Source: Podarcis cretensis
Lineage: Eukaryota
Assembly (NCBI GenBank): GCA_951804945.1
Contig: OX638163.1
Location: forward strand, 32,550,001-32,614,000
DNA: 64,000 nt
Direction of reading: 5' to 3'
The notes below the pieces were generated by a model. The model searched no databases. It was given only the letters and a program-made list of their open reading frames with translations, and had not been told where the DNA came from. Shown in pieces: positions 48,564-60,691 of the stretch; the first letter of the stretch is position 1; each line of letters starts with the position of its first letter. Made by a program: the position numbers and the translations under genes.

Positions 48564-50274
48564 ACATCATTGTACCCTTAGTTAAACGAATGTCTACCAA
48601 ACTTTTTGCTCTTGAGCTCATGAACAATCTCTTCTGCATTACAGCACTATCTGGAATGACATTTCCTAGTGTTTTATTCAATAATGATTTCGTGCTTAAA
48701 ACAAAAACAAAACAAAAAAACTACCTTGTACTTTATTTCTTCCTTTACCACCAGGTTTCAGGCTGACTGTTTTCAAGAGAAATGCAAAACCGACCACCAT
48801 CAACTTCCTCTCTATTAAACGTCAGCAGCATCAAAGGACGATTTCCTCTGTTTATTATCTTCAGCTCCTTTCAAGTTGCTGCACTTTGGTTTTAAGCAAT
48901 CTGTGTTAGATGAAACCACAGAGCAGTTCAGCTAGGGTACATTGACTCTGATAGGACGAAACCTTCACCAGTCTGCGTACTCTGGTTTGGGGCAGGACTT
49001 GCAGTTTGAGATAAACACGGACTTCCCCAATAGCTTAACCCTTCTCCTGCCTTCAGCGGTTAGGTAATTTTAGATTCTGGAGTTATTGGGGTATGGGCGT
49101 TTGGAGTGAGAGTGCATTAACTCCACGTATTTCAGAATAAACAGCTGAGCTGCAACGTTGGGAGTGGGGCGGCTTTTGTTCATTCTGCTAAGTGGGACCC
49201 TGGACTTTTGCCCCAAAGTCCCACCCAGACTGTGCCGCTTCTTGCCTGCAAAGTTCAGTTCTCTCTTCCGATGCTCCTAAGCTCATACTGTAAATAAAAA
49301 TTCCGTTGAGGGGAAAAGAACTGCCTTGAGGGAGGGGGTGTTTTTCTTTCTTTTTCTTTCGCAATATTTTTGTTTTGTTTTCCAAAAAATAACTGGGTAC
49401 AAGTCTAGTAATATAATACAATCTCCACCAAAATAAAAATAATAAAAATCATTGAGTTTGTAGTGTCATTTCAAGCATATTCTTAAGACGTTAATGGTTA
49501 AAATAGCCTCTCCACAGCCAAATTTGAGTAGTTGGTGGAAGTGAATTGTTATCTTCTTCCCTTACATATGAAAAGAAAGAAGATCAGGTTTCAACAAAGG
49601 TATCTCTCTTTGTAACAACTTTTGCTACGCTCTTAAGTGACAGCCAGATCCCAAATGTTGTTGAACCATACCTGGAGGCGTAGCTTAGGCTGAAATTTCC
49701 AAAACTCCGTTTATCTTGAGCAGATTTTGCAGTTTCACACATTCCCTACACTAAAAAGGAAAGGAAACCTGAACTAACACAAAGCGATATTTGCCGTTTC
49801 CGTGATGGTTTCTCCATAGAAGTCAGTAGTTCTTATCTACTGTAATAGTAGATTCATTTATGACTCTGCCTTAGTTAAGTAGCTTAACAGGGAGAAAAAC
49901 AAGAGTACTTTAAGAGTATTTGCAAGTAACAAAAGCATTACTTGGCCAAAGAGGAAGGTGAAGGAGAAGAGGAGCTTCTGTCCCAAAAGAAGGTGTTTTA
50001 ATATAGTTTGGGCAGTTTTGCCTAAGTATGGAAACTGAGCACATTGTACCCTTGTGTATATGCTGTAAACAGCATTTCTGTAAATGCTATCTCTGACATT
50101 GCCTGTCACATAGGTACTTAATAAGCATAGAACCTCACGTGCCTGATCCCCTGCTTTTTTCAAACTTGACATTATCGTTATCAGCTTTCCAACCAAACAA
50201 CTTTTTTTTTTACAACTCCACGTTTTGTATCCACCTGCACACTAAAAAACAACAACCACCACAACCACACACAG

Positions 50275-50277
<3 letters not shown>

Positions 50278-50319
<42 letters not shown>

Positions 50320-53300
50320 TTATTATTTGTACCCCGCCCATCTGGCTAGGTTTCCCCAGCCACTCTGGGCGGCTTCCATAAAAACCAAAAATACACTAAA
50401 ATATCACAGATTAAAAACTTCCCTGAACAGGGTTGCCTTAAGATGTCTTCTGAATGTCAGCTAGTTATTTATCGCTTTGACATCTGATGGGAGGGCGTTC
50501 CACAGGGCGGGCGCCACTACCGAGAAGGCCCTCTGCCTGGTTCCCTGTAGCTTTGCTTCTCGCAATGAGGGAACCGCCAGAAGGCCCTCGGCACTGGACC
50601 TCAGCGTCCGGGCAGAACGATGGGGGTGGAGACGTTCCTTCAGGTATACTGGGCCGAGGCCGTTTAGGGCTTTAAAGGTCAACACCAGCACTTTGAATTG
50701 TGCTCGGAAACGTACTGGGAGCCAATGTAGGTCTTTCAAGACCGGTGTTATGTGGTCTCGGCGGCCGCCCCCAGTCACCAGTCTAGCTGCCGCATTCTGG
50801 ATTAGTTGTAGTTTCCGAGTCACCTTCAAAGGTAGCCCCATGTAGAGCGCATTGCAGTAGTCCAAGAGGGAGATAACTAGAGCATGCACCACTCTGGCGA
50901 GACAGTCCGCGGGCAGGTAGGGTCTCAGCCTGCGTACCAGATGGAGTTGGTAGACAGCTGCCCTGGATACAGAATTGACCTGTGCCTCCATGGACAGCTG
51001 TGAGTCCAAAATGACTCCCAGGCTGCGCACCTGGTCCTTCAGGGGCACAGTTACCCTATTCAGGACCAGGGAGTCCTCCACACCAGCCCGCCCCGTCCCC
51101 CAAAAACAGTACTTCTGTCTTGTCAGGATTCAACCTCAATCCATTAGCCGCCATCCATCCTCCAACCGCCTCCAGGCACTCACACAGGACCTTCACCGCC
51201 TTCACTGGTTCTGATTTGAAAGAGAGGTAGAGCTGGGTATCATCTGCATATTGATGAACACCCAGTCCAAACCCCCTGATGATCTCTCCCAGCAGCTTCA
51301 TATAGATGTTAAAAAGCATGGGGGAGAGGACGGAACCCTGAGGCACCCCACAAGTGAGGGCCCAGGGGTCTGAACACTCATCCCCCACCACCACTTTCTG
51401 AACACGGCCCAGGAGGAAGGAGCGAAACCACTGTATAACAGTGCCCCCAGCTCCCAGCCCCTCTAGACGGTCCAGAAGGATGTTATGGTCGATTGTATCA
51501 AAGGCCGCTGAGAGATCCAGCAGAACTAGGAAACAACTCTCGCCTTTGTCCCTAGCTCGCCGGAGATCATCAACCAGCGCGACCAAGGCAGTTTCAGTCC
51601 CATGATGAGGCCTGAATCCCGATTGGAAGGGATCCAAATGGTCCACATCCTCCAGGCGTGCCTGGAGTTGTTCAGCAACCACGCGCTCAATCACCTTGCC
51701 CAAGAATGGAAGATTTGAGACTGGGCGATAGTTGGCCATACTGGCCGGGTCTAAAGATGGTTTTTTAAGAAGCGGTTTAATGACCGCCTCTTTCAGCGGA
51801 TCTGGGAATGTTCCCTCACAGAGGGAAGCATTCACCACCCCGCAGAGCCCATCACCCAGCCCATCCCGGCTTGCTTTTATTAGCCAGGATGGGCAAGGAT
51901 CCAGGAGACAGGTGGTTGGTTTCACGCGTCCAAGCAGCCTGTCCACATCCTCGGGGGTAACGGATTGAAATTGATTCCATGCAACTTGACCAGATAGAGC
52001 TCCAGCACTCTCCCGCCCCATCCCTGCTCCCACGGTGGTGTCTAGCTCCTTCCAAATATGAGTGATTTTATCTGCAAAAAACTTTGCAAAATCGTTGCAG
52101 GAGATCTTGGGGTCTTTACGAGGCCCCGGTGGTAAAGGTGGTTCCGTTAAATTACGAACCACCTGAAAGAGTCTCCTGCTACTATTTTCTGCAGATGCAA
52201 TAGAGGCGGCGAAGAAAGTATTCTTCGCCATCGCTATCGCCACTTGGTAGGCTCGACGTTGAGCTCTAACCTGTGTCCGGTCAGATTCGGAGTGAGTTTT
52301 TTGCCACCGACGCTCTAGCCGTCTCAGCGATTGTTTCATCGCCCTCAGCTCCGAAGAAAACCACGGGGCTGTCCAGGCTCCATGCAATAGGAGAGGGCGC
52401 TTCGGAGCCAGACAGTCGATAGCCCTGGTTAACTCCACATTCCAGCGGGCCACCAGGGAATCAGCTGAAAGGCCATCAACATGGGATAAAGCATCCCCTA
52501 CCACTCTCTGGAAACCATTTGGATCCATTAAGTGGCGGGGGCGGACCATCCGAATTGGTCCCACCTCCCTGCAGAGGGGAAGGGTCGCGGAGAAGTCCAG
52601 TTGCACCAGGAAGTGATCTGACCATGGCACTTCTTTTGTTTAACTTTTACTTAGTGTCAGATCACCCACGTCACTAGAGGTGAACACCAGGTCTAAGGCA
52701 TGTCCATGACTATGAGTTGGGCCAAACTTATTCAGGGACAGCCCCATGGAGGCCATGCTTTCCACGAAGTCCCGAGCAGCCCCTTGTAAGGTCGTGTCGG
52801 CATGGATGTTAAAATCCCCTAGGACAACCAAACTAGGTGTCTCCAGGAGAAAATCCGCCACGACCTGAAGCAGCTCAGACAGGGAATCCTTGGTGCAGCG
52901 GGGAGGTCGGTACACCAAAAGGAATCCTGTACTGCCCCTATTGCCCAACTTCCAGAACATGCACTCAGAAAACTGGATCTTCCCAGTAGGACGCCTGGTG
53001 CAAGCTAGTGACTTCCTAAAAATCCCCGCCCCCTCCCCGCCCCCTCCCCGCCCACATGACCTGGGTTGCTGTGCGTAAGAGAAACCTGGTGGGCAAGCAG
53101 CGGCAAGGACAGGCCCATCTGCTTCCTCCAACCAGGTCTCTGTCACACATGCCAGGTCAAATCCTCCATCCACAATCAGGTCGTGGATGGCAGTGGTTTT
53201 ATTCATCATTGACCTGGCATTACACGGCAACACCTTCAGGTCATGTAGGTTTCCCCTGTTGATTCCAGTATCCATCCGGTCAAGGCCAGACCTGGAGGCA

Positions 53301-53640
53301 GGGATAGTCTTCAAACAACGACTAAACCTGCCTCCTCGGTAATGACATGGTCTGGTCTTAGCGTAACTCCGCCTCCTGCCCATGATCACCGAGATCGGAT
53401 GTCCCAGTGCTTCCCCCCCTGTGGAACTTGTCCCAGCCATCATGTTGGCTGGGGCCCCACTCCCAGGCAGCCCTGATCCCGCCCCTTAAAAACAAGACAC
53501 AAACTATACAGAACCAATAGAACAACAACAAAAAGGAACAGAACAATTATACTAAAATTAATCCCCAACCAAATATCCCACCCACCCACCCCCAACAATG
53601 GAAAAAAGGAAATAAAGAAATAAAAATTTAGTGAAATCCC
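50278..53640 (-). mobile_element. Near-complete L2-clade LINE (APE endonuclease + reverse transcriptase ORF2), disabled
   Basis: APE domain in ORF 52640-53443 (VTETW, LGDFN). RT in 51056-52630 (QSGFR, LLDLSAAFD, GVPQGS, YADD). C-terminal LHWLPVRFRAQFK in 50461-51081. (TAT)n 3' tail at 50278-50319. In-frame TAA at 52640-52642 and a frameshift near 51095. The 5' boundary is approximate. Confidence 0.93.
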
Positions 53641-54029
53641 GCCAAGTTAAATTATTTTAGCTTATTACATATAACAAGACAAAGGTTTGAGAGGTACAGA
53701 AAAGAGCAATGATATCATCTGGTCCACAACTTAAGAAAGAAAATGATTCTGAGAAGAGAAATGGTTATTGCAGAGATATAAACAATGCCACGAATAATAA
53801 GATCATGATTCCACACAAACGGGGTGAGGTGGGTGGGTGTATGTGCTGGGAAGAATTTGTGGGAAAGAGAGGTATTAATCACCCCACCCACCCACCCACC
53901 TGCCAATTTCACCTACAAATACCCCTCCCCACCTTGAATCGCATTATAAACAGCAAAAGACACAAGACTGGGAGAGGACTTTGTGAAGATAATGAGCGCT
54001 TTTGCCCTCACACCTTTGAAGCGTTTGGC

Positions 54030-54225
54030 GAATAATATTAACTAGCTGTCTTGCTTAACTGCAAAAAAAAAAACACTAGAAAGTGTTCCAAGAAATAACA
54101 GGACTCCTCTGGAAGTTGGACTTTGCACCCCCATCATGTGCCTCATTATCTGTTTGTTTTATCTGGTGAACATAACCTGATCTCTGGAGCGCAGAGACTT
54201 ATGCAATCTGGAAAGTTATCAGGGC
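54030..54225 (+). promoter_or_regulatory. XPNPEP2 proximal promoter with HNF4/GATA/HNF1-like/C-EBP/FOXA motifs
   Basis: TGGACTTTG (HNF4) 54117-54125; TTATCT 54146 and 54159, TTATCA 54216 (GATA); GAATAATATTAAC (HNF1-like) 54030-54042; TTATGCAAT (C/EBP) 54199-54207; TGTTTGTTT (FOX) 54151. All lie 130-330 nt upstream of the ATG. Confidence 0.6.
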
Positions 54226-54355
54226 TCTCTTGGGCCACTCTGCCACAAGACACACACATCTGTAGTGGCAGACACAGGTCTTCTAGTGCTGGCCGGTGTT
54301 TTAATCTTTCTTCAAAAACCTTACCTTGCTGAAGAGTCTCCAGTCTGAAAAGGAC

Positions 54356-54404
54356 ATGGCCTGCTCTACCCGCATCATAGCAGTCTGGATTTTTCTTCTT
54401 CATG
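54356..54404 (+). CDS. XPNPEP2: Xaa-Pro aminopeptidase 2 (membrane aminopeptidase P), coding exon 1 (signal peptide)
   Basis: ATG gives MACSTRIIAVWIFLLH plus G (49 nt), donor GTATGT. Phase 1 matches exon 2. Hydrophobic signal-like sequence. Confidence 0.82.
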
Positions 54405-56845
54405 GTATGTACATTGGTGGAACAGGGACCGTGGAAAGAGGGAGGGAGGGCTTGTCTACAAAACCATCCCCAAAGGCCAGTCCAGTCCATATGACTACAT
54501 GTTCATGGTGAGTATGGCAGAACTGAATGGATCTTCTGGGCTGATTTGGTACACAAGGTTGACAAATTTTTGGTTGCTTTTCTCATGAGCATCCAGCTTA
54601 CCATGACATTCCACTTCCCTCAGATTGTTCAGGGCCTGCACATTCAACCACTTCAGCACCTGCGAGCCATGCGGAAAGCCTTGGGTTTATTGAGCATTCC
54701 CGATTTGCTTTCACAAAGCTTTCACAGAGGTTAGATTATAGTATTCATTGAGCATTAGGGATGGGAGGATCTTATAATTTCAGTTCACATTTTGTCATTC
54801 TTAAATTTAGCTCACCACATTTCTGCAGAAGTTTGCTACTGGGGGGGGGGGGGAAGTACTCATGGAATTTATTCAGCATTTCAGTACAACTTTTCTTCTC
54901 ATAAGCACATTTTCATATGTAGCTATGACCGGTGTACATATTTTTGCAAGCAATTTCTTCTAATGCTATGCATTCTTGTGTGTTATTTTCACTAATGTAT
55001 TTGTTTTTATACCCAGTTTCTCCTAATACATTATTATTATTATTTTGGTAAACACTCTGATTGGAGAACTGCATTGCAAAATTTAGTAAGTGGGAATTTC
55101 GAAGGATGTCTGTGTTTCGGTTCTCATATTGTTTCAGAAACTACAAATTTAGCTTTTAATGTGAACTGAATATAATTTCTCCTCGATCTGGATCAAGCAT
55201 TCATTCTGATTTGCTTGCAGGGAGCTTACATATCTTCCCATTTATCATTTGTTCAACCACACTTTTCAATGCATTTCTCTGTCATTTTCCAAACTGCAAA
55301 AACAAAACACCAATATGCATTATATTAGGAGAGTGTGCTTTACTCAAATGTAAAACTGCACACAAACAAATGTATATTAAGACAAATCAGTACTAAAATG
55401 CTGGTGAATTTTCATGAGGGCTTTATTTCCTTTTTTTAAAAAATGGAAACTGGTGTAGAAATATGGAGAACTGAATTTAAGGGGGGGGGGGGAGAGAGAG
55501 AGAAACAAAAACTGAGAAATTCACCCATCCCTACTCTTCACAAAGGGAACCTGTAGAAAGAGCAGAAACGTCCTGCTTCAAGTCCTGGCTAACTCTGGTG
55601 CCTCGTCAACTCAGACTCTGGTAAACTGCTCAATGGCATTCTCCAGTCAATTTATGGCACTTAAAATGATAAGCCGGAGGGATGCTCAGCAAATCCTACA
55701 TTGTGCCAAACATAGCCAAGAACTATCCAGTCTATGCTTATCATGTTCCATGATTTGTGTCATTGGGCTTCCACCCTGTTATCAGCTGCTGTTCCCTTTG
55801 GGGCAGCGGCAGAGAACAGACACTGAATTGTCATTAATTGCACCTGTCAGTACAAGCACTGGATGCAGGCATCATGCAGGCTAACTCTCCAAACTCACAA
55901 CAGTACGAATCAAATTATCTCCCCTACCCCATTCCCAGGCCTTTTCCCCCCTTGCACCTCTTTTTCTAGGGGGGGGACACACACACACTGCCCATCCCCA
56001 TGGCTTTTGCAATTTTAAAAGCAGCAAAAGCTGGGAGGAAGATATAGTCAAACTACCATTAGCTGATTCTGCCTGCCATTGGCTCTGCCTCCACTTACTT
56101 CTCTCCTGTCTGCCCCCCCAATCCCAATGGGCACCAGCCAACACTGCCCAGGAGCCTAAAAAGACTCCTAGGATCTCAAACCATTTTTCTTTGTTTACTG
56201 TACCTACTTATTTATGTGTCCTTTAACAGTGTCTCAGCATGCAGACCATATTAGGGAAAGGGAACTTTTCCTGGCATGAAGATAAAAGTGACAGACATAG
56301 TTCTCCTTGTTGGATTTCTTCCTGTCATCAGGTGACTGTTAATTTGAAAAGAAAACCCAACAGGAGCATAAAAATAAAAGCAGACCCACCCCCACCCCCA
56401 ATTTTCCCTGTGCTCCATTAACTCTATCTAAATATGCTTTCAGCCCTGAGCATGGCTAGCTGAATTTCTAAGGCTGCAACACAGAGCCAAAGTACTGTAT
56501 AGCACCGCATGCTCCTTCGATGATGTAAACCTCTGCCTGCTGCCAGCAGGGAAAACGTGGCACATCTGGTGCCAATTGCTAGAGCTGATTACTCTCTTGC
56601 CATCCTTGCTAATGGAACGGACCACACACTCTCACGCCAAGTGTCATCTCTCTCTACTGGAAACCAATGGTAGCATTAATCCAACGGGATCAGCTCTGCA
56701 CAGCCTCTTACAGGGGCAGTAAACTTGAAAAAGTTCAGGAAACTTGTACGGTTTGCCTGGGCAACTAGGATCAGTGCAGTGCACCTGAAATCAATAAAGA
56801 AGCAAAGGCAAATGATCATTGGGACTCCTACACTCAGTGAATAGG

Positions 56846-57045
56846 GGGAAGAGCCATAGCTCAGTGGCGGCAGAGCATTTGCTTAGCATGCAGAAGCTCC
56901 CAGGTTCAGTTCCCAGCTTCTCTGGATAGGGCTAGGAGTGCTCCCTGCCTGAAACTCTGGAGAGCTGCTGCCAGCTAGTGCAAGAAATAAAGAGCTAGAT
57001 GGACCAATGATCTGACTCCACAGAACAGCAGTTCCCTACATTCCA
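56846..57045 (+). mobile_element. Short tRNA-Ala-derived SINE (possibly Squam2-like); other copies near 6680, 10667, 23490(-), 24290(-), 25000, 43310(-), 57690
   Basis: A-box TAGCTCAGTGG, B-box GGTTCAnTCC, conserved body CCTGAAACCCTGGAGAGCTGCTGCCAG, TTCCTATG-type tail. Confidence 0.7.
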
Positions 57046-57197
57046 GATTTAAATATTTATATATCTTGTTGGTAAATTTTTGCAAAGGTAGGCTCATTCA
57101 CACTTGCAGGTTGATCACTGCAGGACCAGCTGATGATTTGCATGTGTGAATATGCCACCACTGAGTTAGCCACTAGAGGTCTTGTCTAAAGGTTGCA

Positions 57198-57543
57198 AAA
57201 GGTAAAGGGACCCCTGATCATTAGGTCCAGTCGTGGCCGACTCGGGTTGCGGCGCTCATCTCGCTTTACTGGCCGAGGGAGCCGGCGTGCAGCTTCCGGG
57301 TCATGTGGCCAGCATGACTAAGCTGCTTCTGGCGAACCAGAGCAGCGCACGGAAATGCCGTTTACCTTCCCGCCGGAGCAGTACCTATTTATCTACTTGC
57401 ACTTTGATGTGCTTTTGAACTGCCAGGTGGTTGGCAGGAGCAGGGACCAAGCAACAGGAGGTCACCCCGTCGTGGGGGTTCGAACCACCAACCTTCTGAT
57501 CGTCAAGTCCTAGGCTCTGTGGTTTAACCCACAGCGCCACCCG
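57198..57543 (-). mobile_element. Sauria SINE (XPNPEP2 intron 1)
   Basis: Same family consensus. Confidence 0.9.
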
Positions 57544-58302
57544 TTGTAATGTGTCTTAATTTGCAATACAGACCTCTGTTTGAAGGGTTGCCAGAAGACA
57601 GCCCTCTCTTTGAAGGGCCGTCAAGTCCAGTTTAAAGATATAGAACCAGGAGTACTGGTTGGTTCTTAAAAGACTAGAGGAGAAAGCTGAAGTGGTGGAG
57701 CCTCTGCCTCACAAACAGGAAGATCTCAGGTTCATCCCTCAGCATCTCCAGATAGGGAACGTCCCCTGCCTGAAACCCTGGAGAGCTGCTGCCAGTCAGT
57801 GTAAACAATATTGAGCTAGATAAGACAATGGTGTGACTCTATATAAGGCAGCTTTCTATGTTCCGAGAAGACTATACATATGTGGAGGGTTCCCCCACCC
57901 CAGCATATTTACTTTTAGAGACTTTCCTATTCCCTGAAGCACAATACCTGCAGGAGCCAGGCTTCCCTGCTCACCTTCCCCAGTTATTTAAGGCTATATT
58001 TCCTCTGTGATACAAGAGGAGATGTGAAATCAATATTCCATGCAAGCACTCAGTGAATTATAAATCTAACCCCTGGCTTCCAATGATGGTCCTACTCAGA
58101 CTAGACCCAACTGAGATTATAGGCATGGCTGCCTTAGGTCCAATAATTTCAACGGGTCTCTGAGTAGGACTTTAGCATTTTAGCAAACAACTGCAACAGG
58201 ATGGGTGAACGAGCATTTGGCCATACATCCTCTCCCCCGCTCCCCATACACAACCCAGACATTCTTACTCGAATATGAATGGAGTGTTTCATTCTTTTTT
58301 AG

Positions 58303-58376
58303 GCCTCATCACAGGTTACCCCAGGAAAAGAAGTTCTGACTCAGAAGACATCAGAAACTGTACAATCACTCCTCCG
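58303..58376 (+). CDS. XPNPEP2: XPNPEP2 coding exon 2
   Basis: Acceptor ttttttAG, 74 nt, (G)LITGYPRKRSSDSEDIRNCTITPP, donor GTGAGA. Resembles mammalian ...DVRNCSTNPP. Confidence 0.9.
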
Positions 58377-58481
58377 GTGAGATCCTTAATATTGCTCAAA
58401 ATTGAGGAATCTATTATTTGTGTTTGTGTGTGTGTGCATGGGGGGGGGGAGGGAGAACGCCCTTCCCAAACTGTCTAGCAT

Positions 58482-59162
58482 CTAGGGATGGCAGAGAAAC
58501 TCTATTCAGTTCGCATTTGAATCAACTTTATCAAATTCACACTTAACTGAAACAATACACCTACCTTAAAATACAGCTGTGCTCTGAAATTAGCACTTAT
58601 CGAATTTTGTGGTGCAGTTCTCCAACCATCTTTTAAAAAATAATAATGTATGTATTAGGTTAAAACATGCATAAAAATAAATATACTCATGAAAATAACA
58701 TGCAAAAAGGGCATCACAAAAATGTGAATTTTAGTTCAAAACTGAATATAGTGGTACCTCGGGTTAAGAACCTAATTCGTTCTTGAGGTCTGCTCTTAAC
58801 CTAAAACTGTTCTTAACCTGAGGTACCACTTTAGCTAATGTGGCCTCCTGCTGCCATCGTGCCGCCACCACACAATTTCTATTCTCATCCTGAAGCAAAG
58901 TTCTTAACCTGAGGTACTATTTCTGGGTTAGCAGAGTCTGTAACCTGAAGCGTCTGCAACCTGAAGCGTCTGTAACCCAAGGTACCACTGTACAAAAATG
59001 TGCAAATTGGGTAGAATTGCATACAACGATGTGTATATTCAGAGAAATTTGCACTACAATGCTGACGAATTGTCATGAGGATTTAAAAATAAATAAATTG
59101 CAAATTGCTGCAGAAACGTGTAAAAATGAGAAACCGAAAGAACGAAAACTGACAGATCCCTA
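58482..59162. mobile_element. Old AT-rich hAT(Ac)-like non-autonomous element (TAGGGATG...ATCCCTA); relatives near 32432, 35943, 44526, 54757, 55533, 62754
   Basis: Ac-like TAGGGATG termini and shared internal blocks (ttcagttcgcattt, gcagttctcc, gaactgaatttaag) across several degenerate copies. Confidence 0.6.
58749..58990 (+). mobile_element. Tc1/mariner (Tigger-like) MITE nested in a hAT-like element
   Basis: Same family; TA TSD. Confidence 0.85.
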
Positions 59163-59344
59163 CGAAGGTGTAGTCCAGCCCTATGAAGCACCTAGTCAGG
59201 CAGCCTCTGAGGTCCAAGTGTCAGTGCTTTGCTGAGACTGTGAGGCAACATTGAGAAGGGGCCAGTGGAGGAGAGTGAATGGCTGCCCTGACCCCCATTT
59301 CTTCCTCTTCTGCCCTTGTACTGATCATCCATTTGTGCTTTCAG

Positions 59345-59455
59345 CACTTGCCTCCTACAGTCACCAATACAAGTGAGCGCCTGAGCACCCTGCGGCTGCA
59401 CATGCAGTCTCACAACTTCTCTGCCTACATCATTCCTGCCACGGATTCACACATG
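59345..59455 (+). CDS. XPNPEP2: XPNPEP2 coding exon 3
   Basis: Acceptor tttcAG, 111 nt, HLPPTVTNTSERLSTLRLHMQSHNFSAYIIPATDSHM, donor GTAAGG. Carries the aminopeptidase P N-domain motif AYIIPxTDxH. Confidence 0.95.
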
Positions 59456-59667
59456 GTAAGGCAAAGGGTGCAGTCGTTCCACCTTTATCAGGGGTGGGAA
59501 GGGACTGGGTTCTGTCCAAAAAGAAACACTACATTTCCATACCTGAAGCTACAAAGATAGGATGGCAAGTGTGTCATAAGAGACCTGGCCATGTATGTGG
59601 CTTCAGATTCCCAGGACTAGCAGAAGCAGGGTAGGTTATGCAAGACAATCTATTTCTATATGGTAAA

Positions 59668-60039
59668 GGTGCAGGTGGCACTGTGGTCTAAATCACTGAG
59701 CCTCTTGGGCTTGCCGATCAGAAGGTCAGCGGTTCGAATCCCCACGATGGGATGAGTTCCCATTGCTCTGTCCCAGCTCCAACCTAGCAGTTTGAAAGCA
59801 CACCAGTACAAGTAGATAAATACCACTGTGGCGGGAAGGAAAACAGCGTTTCCATGCACTCTGGTTTCTGTCACTGTGTTCTGTTGCACCAGAAGCAGTT
59901 TAGTCATGCTGGCCATGTGACCCAGAAAGTTGTCTGAACAAAAGCCATCTCCCTTGGCCTGAAAGCGAGATGAGCGCTGCAACCCCGTAGTCACCTTTGA
60001 CTGGACTTAACCGTCCAGGGGTCCTTTACCATTTACCTT
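59668..60039 (+). mobile_element. Sauria SINE, longer subfamily
   Basis: B-box GGTTCGAATCC, extra internal segment, ACCTT tail. Confidence 0.88.
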
Positions 60040-60173
60040 CTAATTTGCATATATCTGCACACTTTGTATAATGTACGCAGATTGCAGAATTCTGTTTTTC
60101 TGGACACATAATTTTGATTTCCTAGCTGCATAAGTTTTCTGTTTTGTTTTGGGTTTTTTAAGAGGAGATAATA

Positions 60174-60525
60174 GGGACGCGGGTGGCGTTGTGGGTTAAA
60201 CCACAGAGCCTAGGACTTGCCGATCAGAAGGTTGGCGGTTCAAATCCCCGTGACAGGGTGAGCTCCCGTTGCTCGGTCCCTGCTCCTGCCAACCTAGCAG
60301 TTCGAAAGCACATCGAAGTGCAAGTAGATAAATAGGTACCACTCCGGCGGGAAGGTAAACGGCATTTCCGTGCGCTGCTCTGGTTCACCAAAAGCGGCTT
60401 AGTCCTGCTGGCCACATGACCCGGAAGCTGTACGCCGGCTCCCTCAGCCAATAAAGCAAGATGAGCACCGCAACCCCAGAGTCAGTCACGACTGGACCTA
60501 ATGGTCAGGGGTCCCTTTACCTTTA
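60174..60525 (+). mobile_element. Sauria SINE, full length
   Basis: GGGACGCGGGTGGCG head, CCTTTACCTTTA tail, TSD AGGAGATAATA at 60163-60173 and 60528-60538. Confidence 0.92.
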
Positions 60526-60691
60526 AAAGGAGATAATATAGTGGTATGTTATTAGAAAGGGGAACCTTTCTTGCACTTAAGTGCATTGCAGGGGGTTGGA
60601 CTAGACAGCCCTAGAGGTCCCTTCCAACTCTACAAATCTATGATTCTGTGAAGACAATTCACTGCACTCAGAGGGCTTTTCTGTTTCCCAG

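Noticed and set aside
56846-56925. tRNA-Ala-like sequence
   Set aside because: Degenerate head of a dispersed SINE, followed by SINE body; not an intact tRNA.
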